Shown here: positions 26,034-38,734 of the stretch, one piece after another
Position numbering within the stretch: position 1 is the stretch's first letter
Layout: each line of letters starts with the position of its first letter
NCBI RefSeq assembly: GCF_018977255.1
Contig: NW_024704742.1
Location: 90,894,001 to 90,958,000 of the forward strand
Length of the DNA: 64,000 nt
Reading direction: 5' to 3'
Source of the DNA: Callorhinchus milii
Taxonomy: Eukaryota
Notes under the pieces: model-generated
Database searches by the model: none
The model's input: only the letters and a program-made list of their open reading frames with translations
Told to the model about the DNA's origin: nothing
Translations under genes and position numbers: made by a program

Positions 26034-26727
26034 GGTGTTCCTCAGGGCTCTGTCCTTGGACCCCTCCTCTTCCACATTTAATGCTCCCCCTTGGTGACAT
26101 CATCCGCAGACATGGGGTCAACTTCCACATGTATGCGGATGACACCCAACCCTACCTCTCTGCCTCCACCCTTGACTCCAGGACCACTGCTGCGCTGACA
26201 AAGTGTCTGTCAGACATCAAGTCCTGGAAGAGAGCTAACTTTCTTCAGTTGAACATCAACAAGACCGAGACCTTCCTGATTGGCTCCCGTCAGCGCCTCC
26301 TCACCTCAGGCGCTGACAGCATCACCATCCATGGTTGCACACTCAACCTTGCTAAGACAGTCCGGAACCTTGGGGTCTTGTTCGACCCTCAACTATCCTT
26401 TCTACCCCACATTCGCACCATTACCCGCTCTACCTTCCCCCACCTCAGCAACGTCGCCCGGCTCCGACACTGTCTCACACCGCAGGACGCCGAAACCCTC
26501 ATACATACCTTCATTACATCGAGGCTTGACTATGCAAACTCACTGCTTGTCGGCCTCCTCAACTCCTCTCTCCATAGGCTGCAGATCATCCAGAACTCTG
26601 CAGCCCGTGTCCTCTCCCGCACCAGGCTCTGTGACCCTATCACCCCCATCCTTGCCCAACGCTACTGGCTTCCCATCACACAGAGGATACAGTTCAAGAT
26701 CCTAGTCCTCACCTTCAAAGCCCTCCA
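26034..26727 (+). mobile_element. L2 LINE ORF2 reverse transcriptase fragment
   Basis: GVPQGSVLGP (other frame), HMYADDTQ, FLQLNINKTE, VRNLGVLFD, SRLDYANSLL in ORF 25904..26782. Confidence 0.95.
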
Positions 26728-28464
26728 ACAGATTATACAGTATATATATTATATATGTGTGTATCTATCTGCGAGTGTGTGAGTGAAAAATGCAAAGCTT
26801 TAATTTTATACAAATGAGGATTAAAATATTGCAGCACTTACTGCCTTTTTGGTGAGATGGTGATGAAAGCCAAGGAGAGTGAGACTTCCTCCAAACAGAC
26901 TATGGCTTCCACATGGTTGGCTTCGAATTCACCAGCTCAATATAGGAAATGCACCACAGGACAATTAAATGCTCCGACAAACAAAATAATAAAATCCCTT
27001 ACACTTGCTATAACTCCTTACATGTCAGGAGGACGTCTCAAAGTGTTTCCCGTCATTTACTGTAAAGTGTAGTGACTGCGTATTTTGTAGATGAAAATGA
27101 GCAAGTTTGTCCCACATGTAATTGTACAGTAAGACTGCACTGCCACCTATGTCAGTGTTGAATTCAGCAGCACTGTAGTATATTAGGTGCAGTGCAGTGA
27201 AGGCTGCAAATGTCCCCTGAACTGGTAGCTTCCAGCCATGTCTGAAGCAGTGACACCCCCTTGTGAAACTCTGGCTTACTCAGCTCCCTTGCTGGTTAGC
27301 TCTAGAGTGTATGAAGACCATGATGTCACAGCTCCAATTGGTACCCACCAGGATCAAACAGCCCGAATGAGGCAGAGTGTCGCCACTGGTCTAGCTGAAC
27401 TCACATAAAACTGGTTGTGGCTCTTTGTTTTTCCCAATCCAGCACTGTCCTGTGTTTATACGGTGCATGTTCTCCACTTGCCTGTGACCGTTGTTAACAA
27501 TAACAAACGGGTTCCAGCAGTGCCTCATGTTACCTCGACACTCACTGCTCACTGTAAACCATTCCTGGCACAGACGCGCACAATCTGTGAAAATACACAA
27601 CTGGAAAAGTATGGGCCAAAGTTCCAGTTTGACGTATTTTTCGGTGGGTTTTCTGGCTTACTGTAACTCACTCTGGATTGAATGTTTACTCGGATATACT
27701 CCAGAGTGACAGCCCTATGTATTATATCTCGACCTTTCCAAATGTCACCCAGCATTTTGGCAGCTTAAAAACAAATAACAGGAAAGTCCAACGTTCTGAT
27801 CTTTGTGAGGTGCACACAGTGACAACCCACTGCATTATTTGTAATAAGCCTTTAGTGAGTGAATAAAATAAATTCTATTAAACTATCTCCAAGGAACTGT
27901 ACTTTTAGCATTATTTATCCTGTGTACTATTGTGTTTGTATTCCTAGTGGTCGCTGAGTGCAGACATTACGATATATATAAATCAAGCAATTTGTGAATA
28001 CAAAAGTCGGAAACTGTGGAAGATATTAACTGTATGGAGTTACAGGAAAACCAGCAGCGAGACAGGAAGGTAGATCTGCCAAGGCTGTAAGTGAGGTGCT
28101 GCAACTAGGCAAGGGTTCAATCATTCTCCATTGACTGTTGGATTGATCCAAGGAAAGCAAACCAGAGAGGATCACATCTTACAGTCAATTTTTTGTTGGA
28201 CTGCACACATGGCTTTGCCCACTGCCATCATATTCATTACGTCTTAGAGCACCAAGAACGGAATGGGAAAGGAGGAGAATCAACAGACCTTAGTTAAAGA
28301 GAGTGGTATTTCAGACGCATTTATCACAGTGTCCATAAGCTTTCAAAACGACTGTCTTGAGGAAGATTGTGGAGAGCAGCCAATAATACAAATACAACAT
28401 TGAAAGGGAGATACTTCAATTTGAATTTGTTTTGGGACACGCCACATGGACCACAGTGGTCTTT

Positions 28465-28730
28465 TCCTGTCTGAAGGTTAGGATGAATTGTAAAGATCCA
28501 ATGGCACTATTTGAAAAGAGAACAGTGTTTCTCCCAGTGTCCTGGCCAACAATCCCTCAAATACAATTGGTCATCATTCATAGCTGTTTGTGGGACATCG
28601 TTGTGTGTAAATTGGTTGTTGTGTTCACCTACAAGTACACAGTCACTACACTTTGCAGTGGATCTTGTGAGGAAATTTGGGGTGTTCTCCCAATGTGACG
28701 GATGCTAAATCAAATGCAAGCATTATTATG
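28465..28730 (+). mobile_element. Type A SINE, central and 3' part
   Basis: aaagatccaatggcactatttgaaaagag...ctgtttgtgggacat...tcaaatgcaagcattattat. Confidence 0.85.
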
Positions 28731-30077
28731 TCGAACCGTTTCAAAGTATCTGTCTGCGAACGTGGCAGTCAATTTGCACTCAGCAGTACTCCACAAAAAC
28801 CCATGGAGTGAATGACCAATTTACCAATTTATTGAATATAGAACTAATTGGATATTATGAATATGCCTAAATACAATTGATATCGGTAGCTGCAATAAAA
28901 TAGCATGAAAACATAGGAGCCTTCAACCCTGAGCATGCTGTGAACACGGTAAGATAGGCTACTGGCTGACTACTGAGTTGGTAATATGTTTGTTGGTGGA
29001 CCAGATTTTGTAGGGCAAATCAGGAGTATGGATTAGGACGAGACAGAGCAAGTCGAGGAGTCATTTGTGTTACTTTGAAATGTTAGAAGCAGTGCAAGAA
29101 TCGACAGCCCTCATTTTGAAGTCCCATTCCTGCTCCCTGTCAGCAACAATGACATAGGTTTTGCCAGGAATACTATTAAAAGCCTGCTTTGCTTTCCACC
29201 TCACTGATTTTTAGAGTGCTTTCAATTCATTTCATAAAAGAAAAAGATTGTAATGTACTTCTTGCTACGGAAAAGAAAATCGAACCCTTTGCAGCTAAAC
29301 CCTTTCTTCACTTCTCTGTTTCATTTATTTTATTACTTATTAGTGGCTGTGCTCTTCTTTTAAAACAGTCTAATGACTACATTGGCAGGATTGTAATTTA
29401 CCTCTTGCTTCTTCATACATTAATTATACCATCACGCTTCACTCTAAACCAATTTTTGACACCTACAAGACAGCTGCACAGAATGCCTGAAAATGCCAAC
29501 TCCTCAACAAAACGCCCATTATGTGGTTTCAAACTGCAAGTTTATCTAGCATTTTGGCACGTTTTTACAACGTTCAAACAATGATTAAAATCTACATTAA
29601 TAGTCATGATCTGTCCGAGCCTCAACTCTTAGCCTCTCAACAACCTCTCAACAATTGACCATTATTCAGGCCCTATATAAGTCAATATAAATCTTTGATT
29701 TTTCTGACAAGAGCTAATATTCAAGAGTGAAGTACTGTATTCTGTTTGGTAATGTTATCCGTATAAGTATCAATAACTTGACAACAGGCTGTATTATTGA
29801 GTGTCACTTGCAAATAACTTCAGTCACATTTCACCTTATTCTTAACCCCTTTTATTCAGAATAAACAACAGCTACACAATATTGGCACAGCAACAAATGG
29901 TTTCGCTGATATTTTAATGGTTTACCATGTGATGCTGTTGTGTAGTATTACTAAGAATTTATCCTTCTCCAGCTATATAATTAGGGTTGTAGTACCACAT
30001 GTGCAGCCACACTGTTTCGCCTGTGATGTTTGGTGTAATTATTTTAGTTATGATTTTAAGTGAATAACATTCTGTGT

Positions 30078-30340
30078 CAGTCTGGCTCAGTAGGTAATTC
30101 TCTTATCTCATGAATCAGAAGGTTGTGGGTTCAAGGTTGTGGGTTCCAAGGTTGCTACTTGGAACTAATATAATCTAGGCTGAGTTTCCAATACACTACT
30201 GGAAGTATGCTGCATTGGACATCAAAGATCCCATGGAACTATTTGAAAATAGAAGGGAATTTCTCCCAGTGTCCTGGTCAACAATTCCCAATAAAGTTGG
30301 TCATTCTCTTCACGGCTGTTTGTTGGACATTGCTGTGCAG
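30078..30340 (+). mobile_element. Type A SINE 5' part with internal deletion
   Basis: ggctcagtaggta...tcagaaggttgtgggttcaag head and aaagatcccatgg core. Confidence 0.85.
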
Positions 30341-31136
30341 GTAGTCTGTGCTATAGTGTATACAGAGGGAATCACTACAAATCGAGATTGACAGAAGATA
30401 TGTATAAAAATGTGTGTAACTATGCATATATTTGAGTCAATTAATACAGGAATGAGCATTAGAGAATCTGCAATAAAAAAAATTCAAGATACAATTCAGA
30501 TTTATTGAGTATGGGTTGCCACAGTTAGTCAGAAAGCTTTGGCCTATTGTCAATCATATAAAAACATATAGTTCCAGTTAAATCTGTCACAGAACAAAGT
30601 GATATGCAACTAAATTGAACGCACCAGGGCACTTATTTTTTTGCAGGTACAAAATGTTATTTTTGGAGTGTTGCTGAACCAAGATTGTGTTTCAGTTGAT
30701 AGTTTGCCACTCGGAGGACTTGTCAATTCTACGAGTTCAAAGTTTCTCAGCGAACAACAGTAACTCGGTGGCTGAGTGTTTGTTTTCATCGCAGAGAGCA
30801 AATGTATCAAGGAGCTGAGAAACCTGGTGCGCACTGCACTGCGCTGCGCACTCTGCCAGTGTGCCAATCAGCATGGCTCACAAGTCAGCAGGCAGCTTCC
30901 GGCCACTGTCGCCAGTTTAGCTTCATTTTTATTTTTCCGCAACTAAGATTTAATGCTCAATTGTGAGTTTCTGGCGGGGTGGGGGGGGGAAGCTGCTGAA
31001 ATCATCAGAGAAAGTGATTCAATTGCATGTCAAGCAATCGATTCAAGAAGCGTTTTTTTTAAACAATGGTTTTTTTATAGAAGTAAAGAGCTACTTTTCA
31101 GTTAAGCTGTACTCAATTTATAATATATAATGATCC

Positions 31137-31509
31137 TAATAATCTTTGCATTTGATATAGCAACTTTTCGCTTCGTTGAGATGTCTCAAAGCGCTTCACA
31201 GAATATATTTTAAAGTAAATTTACTTTATTTTGTGGGTGAAACGTTGCAGCCAATTGCGCACAGCAGTATCCCACAAAGATTTGTGGATTGAGCAACCAA
31301 ATTATTGATTTATTTTTATTTTTTGAAGGGTTTTTAACCCCTGAAAAGCAATCCGCCAATTGCCTAAAAAACAGGTTCTTACTTACTGCTCGGTAAACAG
31401 AGGCTTGTGGAGTAAGCAAACTTGGCTTAGGTTTCGCCCAGCCCCAGAATTGAACCCTGGTCCTCTCACTTGCGAGGCGAGTGCTCTAACTAATACCCTA
31501 CAGGCCTCC
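31137..31509 (-). mobile_element. Type B SINE, long form
   Basis: tRNA-like head at 31430-31509, ~60-nt extra internal segment, shared 3' body. Confidence 0.88.
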
Positions 31510-32001
31510 ACTGATGGAGGAATAAAGGATATTATTCCACAGATCCCACTGACATTTAGCACTGGCCACTAGTAACTGGTAAGATTTTACCAGACGCTAT
31601 GATAATTCTAATAATTTAAAGCTCGTTCCTCAGGATTGATTGTAGAGCTTTCATTTCAAAGGCTCCTCCGATCTCTACTGGAATTTTTGGGAGCAAAACC
31701 AGAATTATTCCACCAATTGTCAACGTTTATAAAAAGCACTGACCAATTTCCTATTCCACCCAAGACACCTTATTTTAAAGAGATCAAGCTTTTACAGGCT
31801 TTGTCTCATGAACTAAATATTTGTGAATGCAAGACAGATTTAAAGGTCTTAGTGTACCTTGTGCCCACTTGATCACTGAGGGAGGCAGGTGATCTGTTCC
31901 ACTGCTACTGTGTAACTTAGCCACTGAGAGATGTGTGAAAGCACACCAAGCTGACTTCTAATTTTTATTGCCCTTCACACTAAGCGCCTGAAAACAATTA
32001 C

Positions 32002-32300
32002 ATCCTTCGGTTGAGGCGTTAAACCGAGTTCCTGTATGCCTGTTCAGGTGGTCGTTAAAGATCCCACGGCACTATTTGAAAGGAGAAGGGAGCTTCTCCT
32101 AGTGTTCTGGCCCACAATCCCCCAAATAAAATTGGTCACTCACTTCATGGCTGTTCGTGGGACATTGCTGCGAGCAAACAGGCTGCCTTGTTCGCTCACA
32201 AAATACAGTCAAATCCACTTTGCAGTATATCCTGTGAAGTGCTTTGAGATGTCACGATGACATGATAACACATTTTATCAAATGCAAGGATCAGTATTTA
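32002..32300 (+). mobile_element. Type A SINE lacking its head
   Basis: tgaggcgttaaaccgag...ctgttcaggtggtcgttaaagatccc...tcaaatgcaagga. Confidence 0.88.
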
Positions 32301-32830
32301 TTGTTACATATTGGGTTTCAGGAAACTCACACTCTACAGAATGAGGGGAGCAAGATTCAATGCCACAGTGCAGCATATTATTGCACCAGCACTCTGCAGC
32401 ATCTGGCTGTAACCATTTGCCAAGTGTCTAGACAACAACAGCACCAACTTTATATAACGCCCTTCATGCAGGCGCTGGAGCTACAGTTGTATGTACGTAG
32501 CAATTTCCAAGGTAGAAATGTCCTGATGGCATTACCCCTTTAGACTTCCAGCAATCAGAGGTCAAGTGACCCAATAGGGAGCATGTTCCCCCTGATAGGG
32601 GTACAACCACTTCTGACTGCTTTGTTCGCTCACAAACTATAGAGTCAATCCATTTTACAGTAAATCCTGTGAAGTGCTTTGAGACATCTCGATGACATGA
32701 GAAAGCGTTATTCAAAATGCACAGCCAATGCCATCTGTTGGGCGCGAGTTTTCTGAAACCCAGTAGCGGTGATAAATCTGATGGATTACCGAATGTGGGA
32801 TAATCCTGCTTTGTCTACAGCTCAGTAAAT

Positions 32831-32950
32831 GTTGCAAGGTACCAGTCATGTAAAGGCAGCTTTGTCAGTTACCAAACATGTCAAGACAAGTTTGTATGGT
32901 AACAATTCTGTAGGGGCAGCTTTGGAAGGTACCAGTCCTGTAAAGGAAGC
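32831..32950. repeat. Degenerate 30-bp minisatellite, 4 units
   Basis: Units start at 32831, 32861, 32891 and 32921; consensus approximately tttgnaaggtaccagtcatgtaaaggcagc. Confidence 0.8.
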
Positions 32951-35134
32951 CTTACAATGTTTAATGGCCAAGAACTGGAAATGATGGCTGTTAATACTGC
33001 CAAGTAGAAAAGAAACCCTAATAAATGGAACATTTGTGCAATAATGATCTGGGAAGATCAAGACTGTTGCTGACTTGAATCCACCCGACTCTTCAATTGA
33101 GACAGTATTGTGCTGACCATTTGGTGGGACTCCAAGTGTTGCAATGGAGGTTGTTTGAATATTTCTATGTTCTTTACAATGAACTTTACTTACTCAAATC
33201 AGTCCAGACTGCACGTGCATCTCAGTGCAAAATGATCACAGGGGAACAGTTGTCTCGCATGCAGTCTGGCTCTCTAGCTAAACACATGACATGAGAATGT
33301 AAGTAAATTAATCAGTCCACAACTGAGACAGACCCTGACAAATAGTAACATCTCCAGCACTGCCTTGCTGTTCACGAACATAATTTATCTAAAAAATAAG
33401 GGATTTCCAACATGAAGGAAAAGTTTGAAGCCCAGATGTTTTTTTAAAGAGATATACTACTGTATAACCACAATAGCTCAATACTATTTTTGCTTTTCTT
33501 ATTACTCCAAGAATGTTCTTCGTACAATAGCTGAACTGTATGCCAGTTCTTTCTGTTTGACTGTAGCTACACCTATTGCCTACAAATACACAGGCACTGC
33601 ACAGAAAAATCCTGTGAAGCACTTTAAGATGCCGCAACCCAATGGCATGTCAAATGCAAAGATTATTATTATTGTAATCCGTTACTTACTCTCCTGTATT
33701 GTCTATTTATCATGGACAATGTCATCACTTGGAGACACAATTGTATTTGAATAATTTCAACTGCATGTTATATTACCTTGTAACAGACGCTCGTGACTTT
33801 AATCAATGGTTTTTACCCGCAGATATGTACATGAAAAAAATAGAAGGGCGGATGGAATGAGCTATTCATCAATTTCACTCTAGCAGCATGTTAGGAAGTT
33901 GATTTATATGCACGATTGTTATTGTTCATTAAGGATGATTCTGTGCTGTATGAACTGCAAAAACTATGAATTCAGTGCCTGTGCTTACGTTTGGTGTTCT
34001 TAGGAACCATACTCTCAGTGTAAATTGCTATTTATAACCACAGCATTATTTTGAAGTACATTATGAATTGAGGGATTACCCAGCGAATCTATCACTGAAT
34101 TCTCAGTACTCTGCTTAGGCAACTGAGAACAGATCCGAGGATTTACACTTAAACTCTGACCAAAACTGTATGCCCTCGTCTCGGGGAAAGCAGCGGAAAA
34201 TTGAGATTTTCAGGTTTAATTGGCTTCCAACAGCAATTAAGTGCTTTAATTGATGTTTTCAACAAGATGGGGGTAACCGCTTGCATCGCTGGGGAAGGGG
34301 GGAATTGCAGCTTCTGTTTTTAATGGATGGCATGTCCATACCACTTAAAACCTGTTTTCTCTTGCCCTCCCCCCCACACACACACGCACATTTCCCACTG
34401 TCAGGTGACACTTTTCCTGGCAGGTGTGAGATTCTCTCCTTTCTCCCATTTAAATGTCATTTAAATGTGACCAAAGCCAAAAGTCTAATGTCTAATTTGT
34501 CCGTGGTTTCCACTAAGATGATGAGAAAGTACACCCGTTACTTCCACAAACTGTGTCGGGAGGCCTGGCTAGTCATTCGGTGACTCATTCCAAATATGTG
34601 GCATGGCATTTGATAACAATCTTCTTTACTGTGGTGACAGTCTTCTCCTGCAGTTTATTAGCCCAGTCCCAAACAACCACAGGCATGCTGTGTGTATTAC
34701 AGCAAGGCATTAGAAACACTTTATGTATGACAGGTCCTGGCTTTGACAAGGATGTGGTTAATTGCTTCAGCAAATGAACTGTTGTATGCTGCTCTGTTTT
34801 CTATAATTCCAGTAATTGTTTTCGTTTTAAACTGAAGAAGAGCCCACTGGCTTGACGTGCAACCTAATGTAGCCATGAAGCAACTTTATTCAAAAGATGC
34901 CAGAAATGGCAGACTAATAGACAGCTAGTTACTAATTGCTGGAGTTAGTTGCTTAAGTATCTCTTCCACTGTCAACTCAGAGAGCGCAGATGAAAACTTC
35001 ACTAATTATTTGTAAGGCAGGACATTGTCGAGGTTTTTTTTAAAAAGGAAAATAAATGAAGTTCATGTATTGATGATGAATACATTATTGTAAAAGGAGG
35101 CCAAATGTTTTACAGTTAAATTGCTGTGTCTAAT

Positions 35135-36078
35135 CATAAGAACATTAGAAATGCTAGACGAAAAAAGATCAAGATCCATTTAGTTTGCCTTTCACCTTCC
35201 TGGCGGTCGCATGCACATATGTCCCAAACAACCTATCTACTATATTTCATAATGTTATTTCCTATGAGAAAACTATCTAATCTGTGTTTGAAAGAGTCAA
35301 CACTTCCTGCTTCAACCATCTCCCTAGGGAGCCTGTTCCACAGGTTCCCTATTCGCTCACTGAAATAGTGTTTGCGTAGATTCGTTCTGAATGTACCCCC
35401 TTCAATCGCAGGCCATGTCCTCTGGATTTACTATTCTGGACAAGTTGAAACAGCCTGTCATGATCTAGATTGTCTAACCCCTTTAGAATCTTAAAGACAG
35501 CAATCATGTCACCTCTCAATCTTCACTTTTCCAGCGTGAACAAGCCCAATTTACTTAGTCGCTCCTCATAGTCCAGTCCTTCCATTCCCTCAATCATTTT
35601 GGTTGCCCTCCTCTGTATCTTCTCGATTTCTCCAATATCCTTTTTGTACCACGGTGGCCAGAACTGTACACAGTACTCTAAATATGGTCTCACCAATGAT
35701 TTACACAGTGACAGGATTACCCCACTATTTCGACTTGCTATTGATCTTTTGGTATATCCCAACATCTGGTTTGCTTTATTCACTGCCACAGAGCATTGTT
35801 GGGAGAGCTTCAATTTATTGACAATCAGGACCCCCAGGTCCTTTTCATTTTCCATACATATTATTTTCCTTCCGTTCAAATAATAGTCCCTTCCACGATT
35901 TTTTGTCGCCATGTGAAGTGCTTTGCATTTCTCCACATTAAATTTCATCTGCTACCGATCTGCCCAATTCCCAAGCATGTTCAAATCCTCCTGAAACCTA
36001 TCTTGTTCATCTTCGCAATCAACCACCTTCATTAACTTGGTGTCATCTGCAAACTTAGCCACTGTGCTTGCAACTCCT
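35135..36078 (-). mobile_element. 5'-truncated CR1 LINE (different subfamily from 6420-8314)
   Basis: ORF 35523..35948(-): MKFNVEKCK, EKDLGV, VRPYLEYCVQFW, QRRATKMI; KFADDT near 36040. Confidence 0.95.
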
Positions 36079-36174
36079 AATAATCAGTGAATGTGATTCT
36101 GCAGTGACCAGGGTCATCTGTACACCATTAAAGGGACTTTATTGGTGAATTGGTGAATCAGTGGCCAAGTCTTT

Positions 36175-36398
36175 AGCAACTATGCCCTCACCATTTTAGA
36201 CTCCCTCCCTCTACCCATCTGTCTCAACCCCTCTCTATCTCTTTAAATCCTACCTAAAAAAANTCTATTTGACCACTCCAACAGTCACCTATTCCCACCC
36301 CTTCACTTTGCTTGGTATTCAATGCCATCGTTTGTAAAGCACACTGTGACATTATCCTACATGAAGAGTGCTATATCGATGCAAGTTGTTGTGGTTGT
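36175..36398 (+). mobile_element. Old L2 3' end
   Basis: Ends gtgctatatcgatgcaagttgttgtggttg. Confidence 0.75.
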
Positions 36399-36816
36399 CT
36401 TTGCAGGACACTTTTGCTGTGTCTGTGCACAGAGGATGCCAGTACAGAAGGATGCAATCATGTCATTTAAGGTCTTCCATTCACAGCGTTTTTTAAAATT
36501 TCTGTCTTAATTGAAAGTGTGAACAGTACATTGAAAACATTTGAAGTTGCAGTTGTTTTGTCACACATCCTACTGGAGTGTGAACTTACCCCAGGGTTTG
36601 GTGCTGAGTTTTGGTCGGTTCCAAGAACTGAAGCACTGCAAAAAGAAAGTCTTTTACTCTGACAACACCCCTTTAAAGTGAATCCTGTGTTTAAAGTAGT
36701 ATTGTTGCTTTTTTTGGTGGGGTGGGGTCAACCAGTGTGGGAACAGTTTACTCAAATGACATAGTGTTATCTAAGGAGGATATTTGGCCTGCAATTGACA
36801 TTATGGACAGATATTA

Positions 36817-36975
36817 AATAATAATCTTTGCATTTGGTATAGCGCCTTTCACATTGGGAGGACATCTCAAAACAATTCAGAGGATTTACTGTAAGGTGTG
36901 GTGTATTTTGTAGTAGACACAGCAGCTAATTTACACACAGTAGTGTCCCACAAACAGCCATGAAGTGAATGACTC
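36817..36975 (-). mobile_element. SINE 3' half
   Basis: ataataatctttgcatttggtatagcgcctttcac...gtcccacaaacagcc. Confidence 0.85.
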
Positions 36976-37309
36976 ATTTTAGGTGAATGACAAATATTCT
37001 TGCAGTTGCTAATTTTAACAACATGGAGGTGGGTAAATAGGGTAAAATATTGGGAGATGATGCCAATAGACAATTTGTTGCTGTAACCTTAGCCCTCCAA
37101 AAATTGTGTAAAATATCTCGGTCAAAGTAAGAAACCAAGACTAATTTAGCCCAATCAAGTTTTTGTTGAAGGTCATCAAACCAGAACATGACCAACACTT
37201 TAGAGTCAACATTGACAAGGGAGCTACAAAGGTCAGAACAACAGTACAACAAAAAGTATCCAAAGGTAGTCACTGAAGTAAATTAAAGATGCAACTGACC
37301 CTTTATCGC

Positions 37310-37545
37310 CATCCATGGCCAAGCCTTCAACTCCCAGATTCCTAACCTCTGGAACTTACTTCTTCTATCTCGCCCCCTTTCTATCTTTAAATCTCAACTT
37401 AACACCTACCTCCTTGATTCCACCAATTATCACCTCCCCCTTTTCCCCCCCTCTCCATTTTCCCCTTGTTTGGAATCCATTCCCATCATTGTGAAGCACT
37501 TTGAGACCTTATTGTACCTGAAGAGCGATATATAATTGCACCAAA
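37310..37545 (+). mobile_element. Old L2 3' end
   Basis: gccttcaactccc...ctctggaac...tttaaatctcaacttaacacctacctc...gtgaagcactttgagac. Confidence 0.7.
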
Positions 37546-38039
37546 TGACACATTGCAAGATAAGCTTACAATAATAATGTGCAGTGGTAGTGATGTACTT
37601 GCAGCATTTGCTCTGGTGGATTGATGCACAGTGAAGTGAGTTTTTGAGCTGGTCCTGGCTAAAAATAGAGGTGGTGATTGTTCGTGCTCTGCTGTGCAGT
37701 GCTGTTGTGGTGCTGTAAGTAGTCCATTGGGCTCTCTCTCGCTCTCCTGATTCTGTGAACAGAGCAGATGGCACACTATCAGTACGCATGCACACTCCGA
37801 TCCATTTGGTACTACAGCCCTGACGCAACTGCATTATTTAATATAATGTGACGCACCTGTGCGCGGATACATTCTTGGAACATATTGGGCAATTTATATG
37901 TCAGAATTTAACACGGCCTTCAATAATACTGGGCCGCCATCCAATTTTGTTTGCTTTAATTTGGAGGGTTCATTAAATAGGCTTTATGTTCATTTCTTAT
38001 GCTCTGAGGAAAGTTGGCCCCTGTGACAGCGAGAGTGAA

Positions 38040-38225
38040 AATGTTTCCGCCGTCTCCGATAATACCTCACCCCAAAAGCTGCCGAAATCCTTGTCCATGC
38101 CTTTGTCACCTCTCGGCTGGATTACTTTAAAGCTCCCCTCCTCGCCGTTCTCCCCTCCTCCACTATCCACAAAATTCAGCTCATTCAAAACTCTGCCGCC
38201 CACATTCTCACCTGCACCAAACTTT
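38040..38225 (+). mobile_element. Old L2 ORF2 fragment
   Basis: AAEILVHAFVTSRLDY and LIQNSAAHIL remnants. Confidence 0.8.
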
Positions 38226-38376
38226 GATGCGCAGCAGCGATTTCGTCCTTGAAGCTCTCATCAGGATGGTGACTGAGCTCAGCCATCAATCCCAACACAG
38301 CGGAATGGTATGGCTGCTGTGGAGCCCACATTTGTACCAGCTTCATTACAGTACAGTTTACTTTCATGCTAACATT

Positions 38377-38734
38377 ATAATAACAATCCTTGCATTTGAT
38401 ACAGCACCTTATCACGTCATTGAGACGTCTCAAAGCACTTCACAGAATATACTGTAAAGTGAATTGACTGTATATTTTGTGGGCAAAATGCGCAGCCAAT
38501 TGTACACAGCAGTGTCCCACAAACAGTCGTGAATTGAGTGACAAACATTTTTTTTAGGGATTATTACCCAGAAGACGATCCACCAATCGACAACAACCGC
38601 TTTCCTACTTACTGCTAGTTACTAGAGTTTTGTGGAGTGAGGAAACTTGCCTCAGGTTTTGTCCTACCTAGGAATCGAACCCGGGTCCTCTCGTTTGCAC
38701 GGCGAGCGCGCTAACCATTATGCTATGGGACTCC
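38377..38734 (-). mobile_element. Type B SINE, long form
   Basis: Head ggaatcgaacccgggtcctctcg...gctaacc, extra internal segment, shared 3' body. Confidence 0.9.

Noticed and set aside
25904..26782. Longest ORF in the window (292 aa) as a host gene
   Set aside because: L2 RT fragment with chance flanking read-through; frameshifted just after GVPQGS.
30873..30920. ATG GCT CAC (MAH) resembling the BNC2 N-terminus
   Set aside because: Only three residues match, it stops after 15 codons, and there is no convincing donor.
32831..32950. CRISPR-like array
   Set aside because: Units are contiguous with no unique spacers, in a vertebrate intron with no cas genes.
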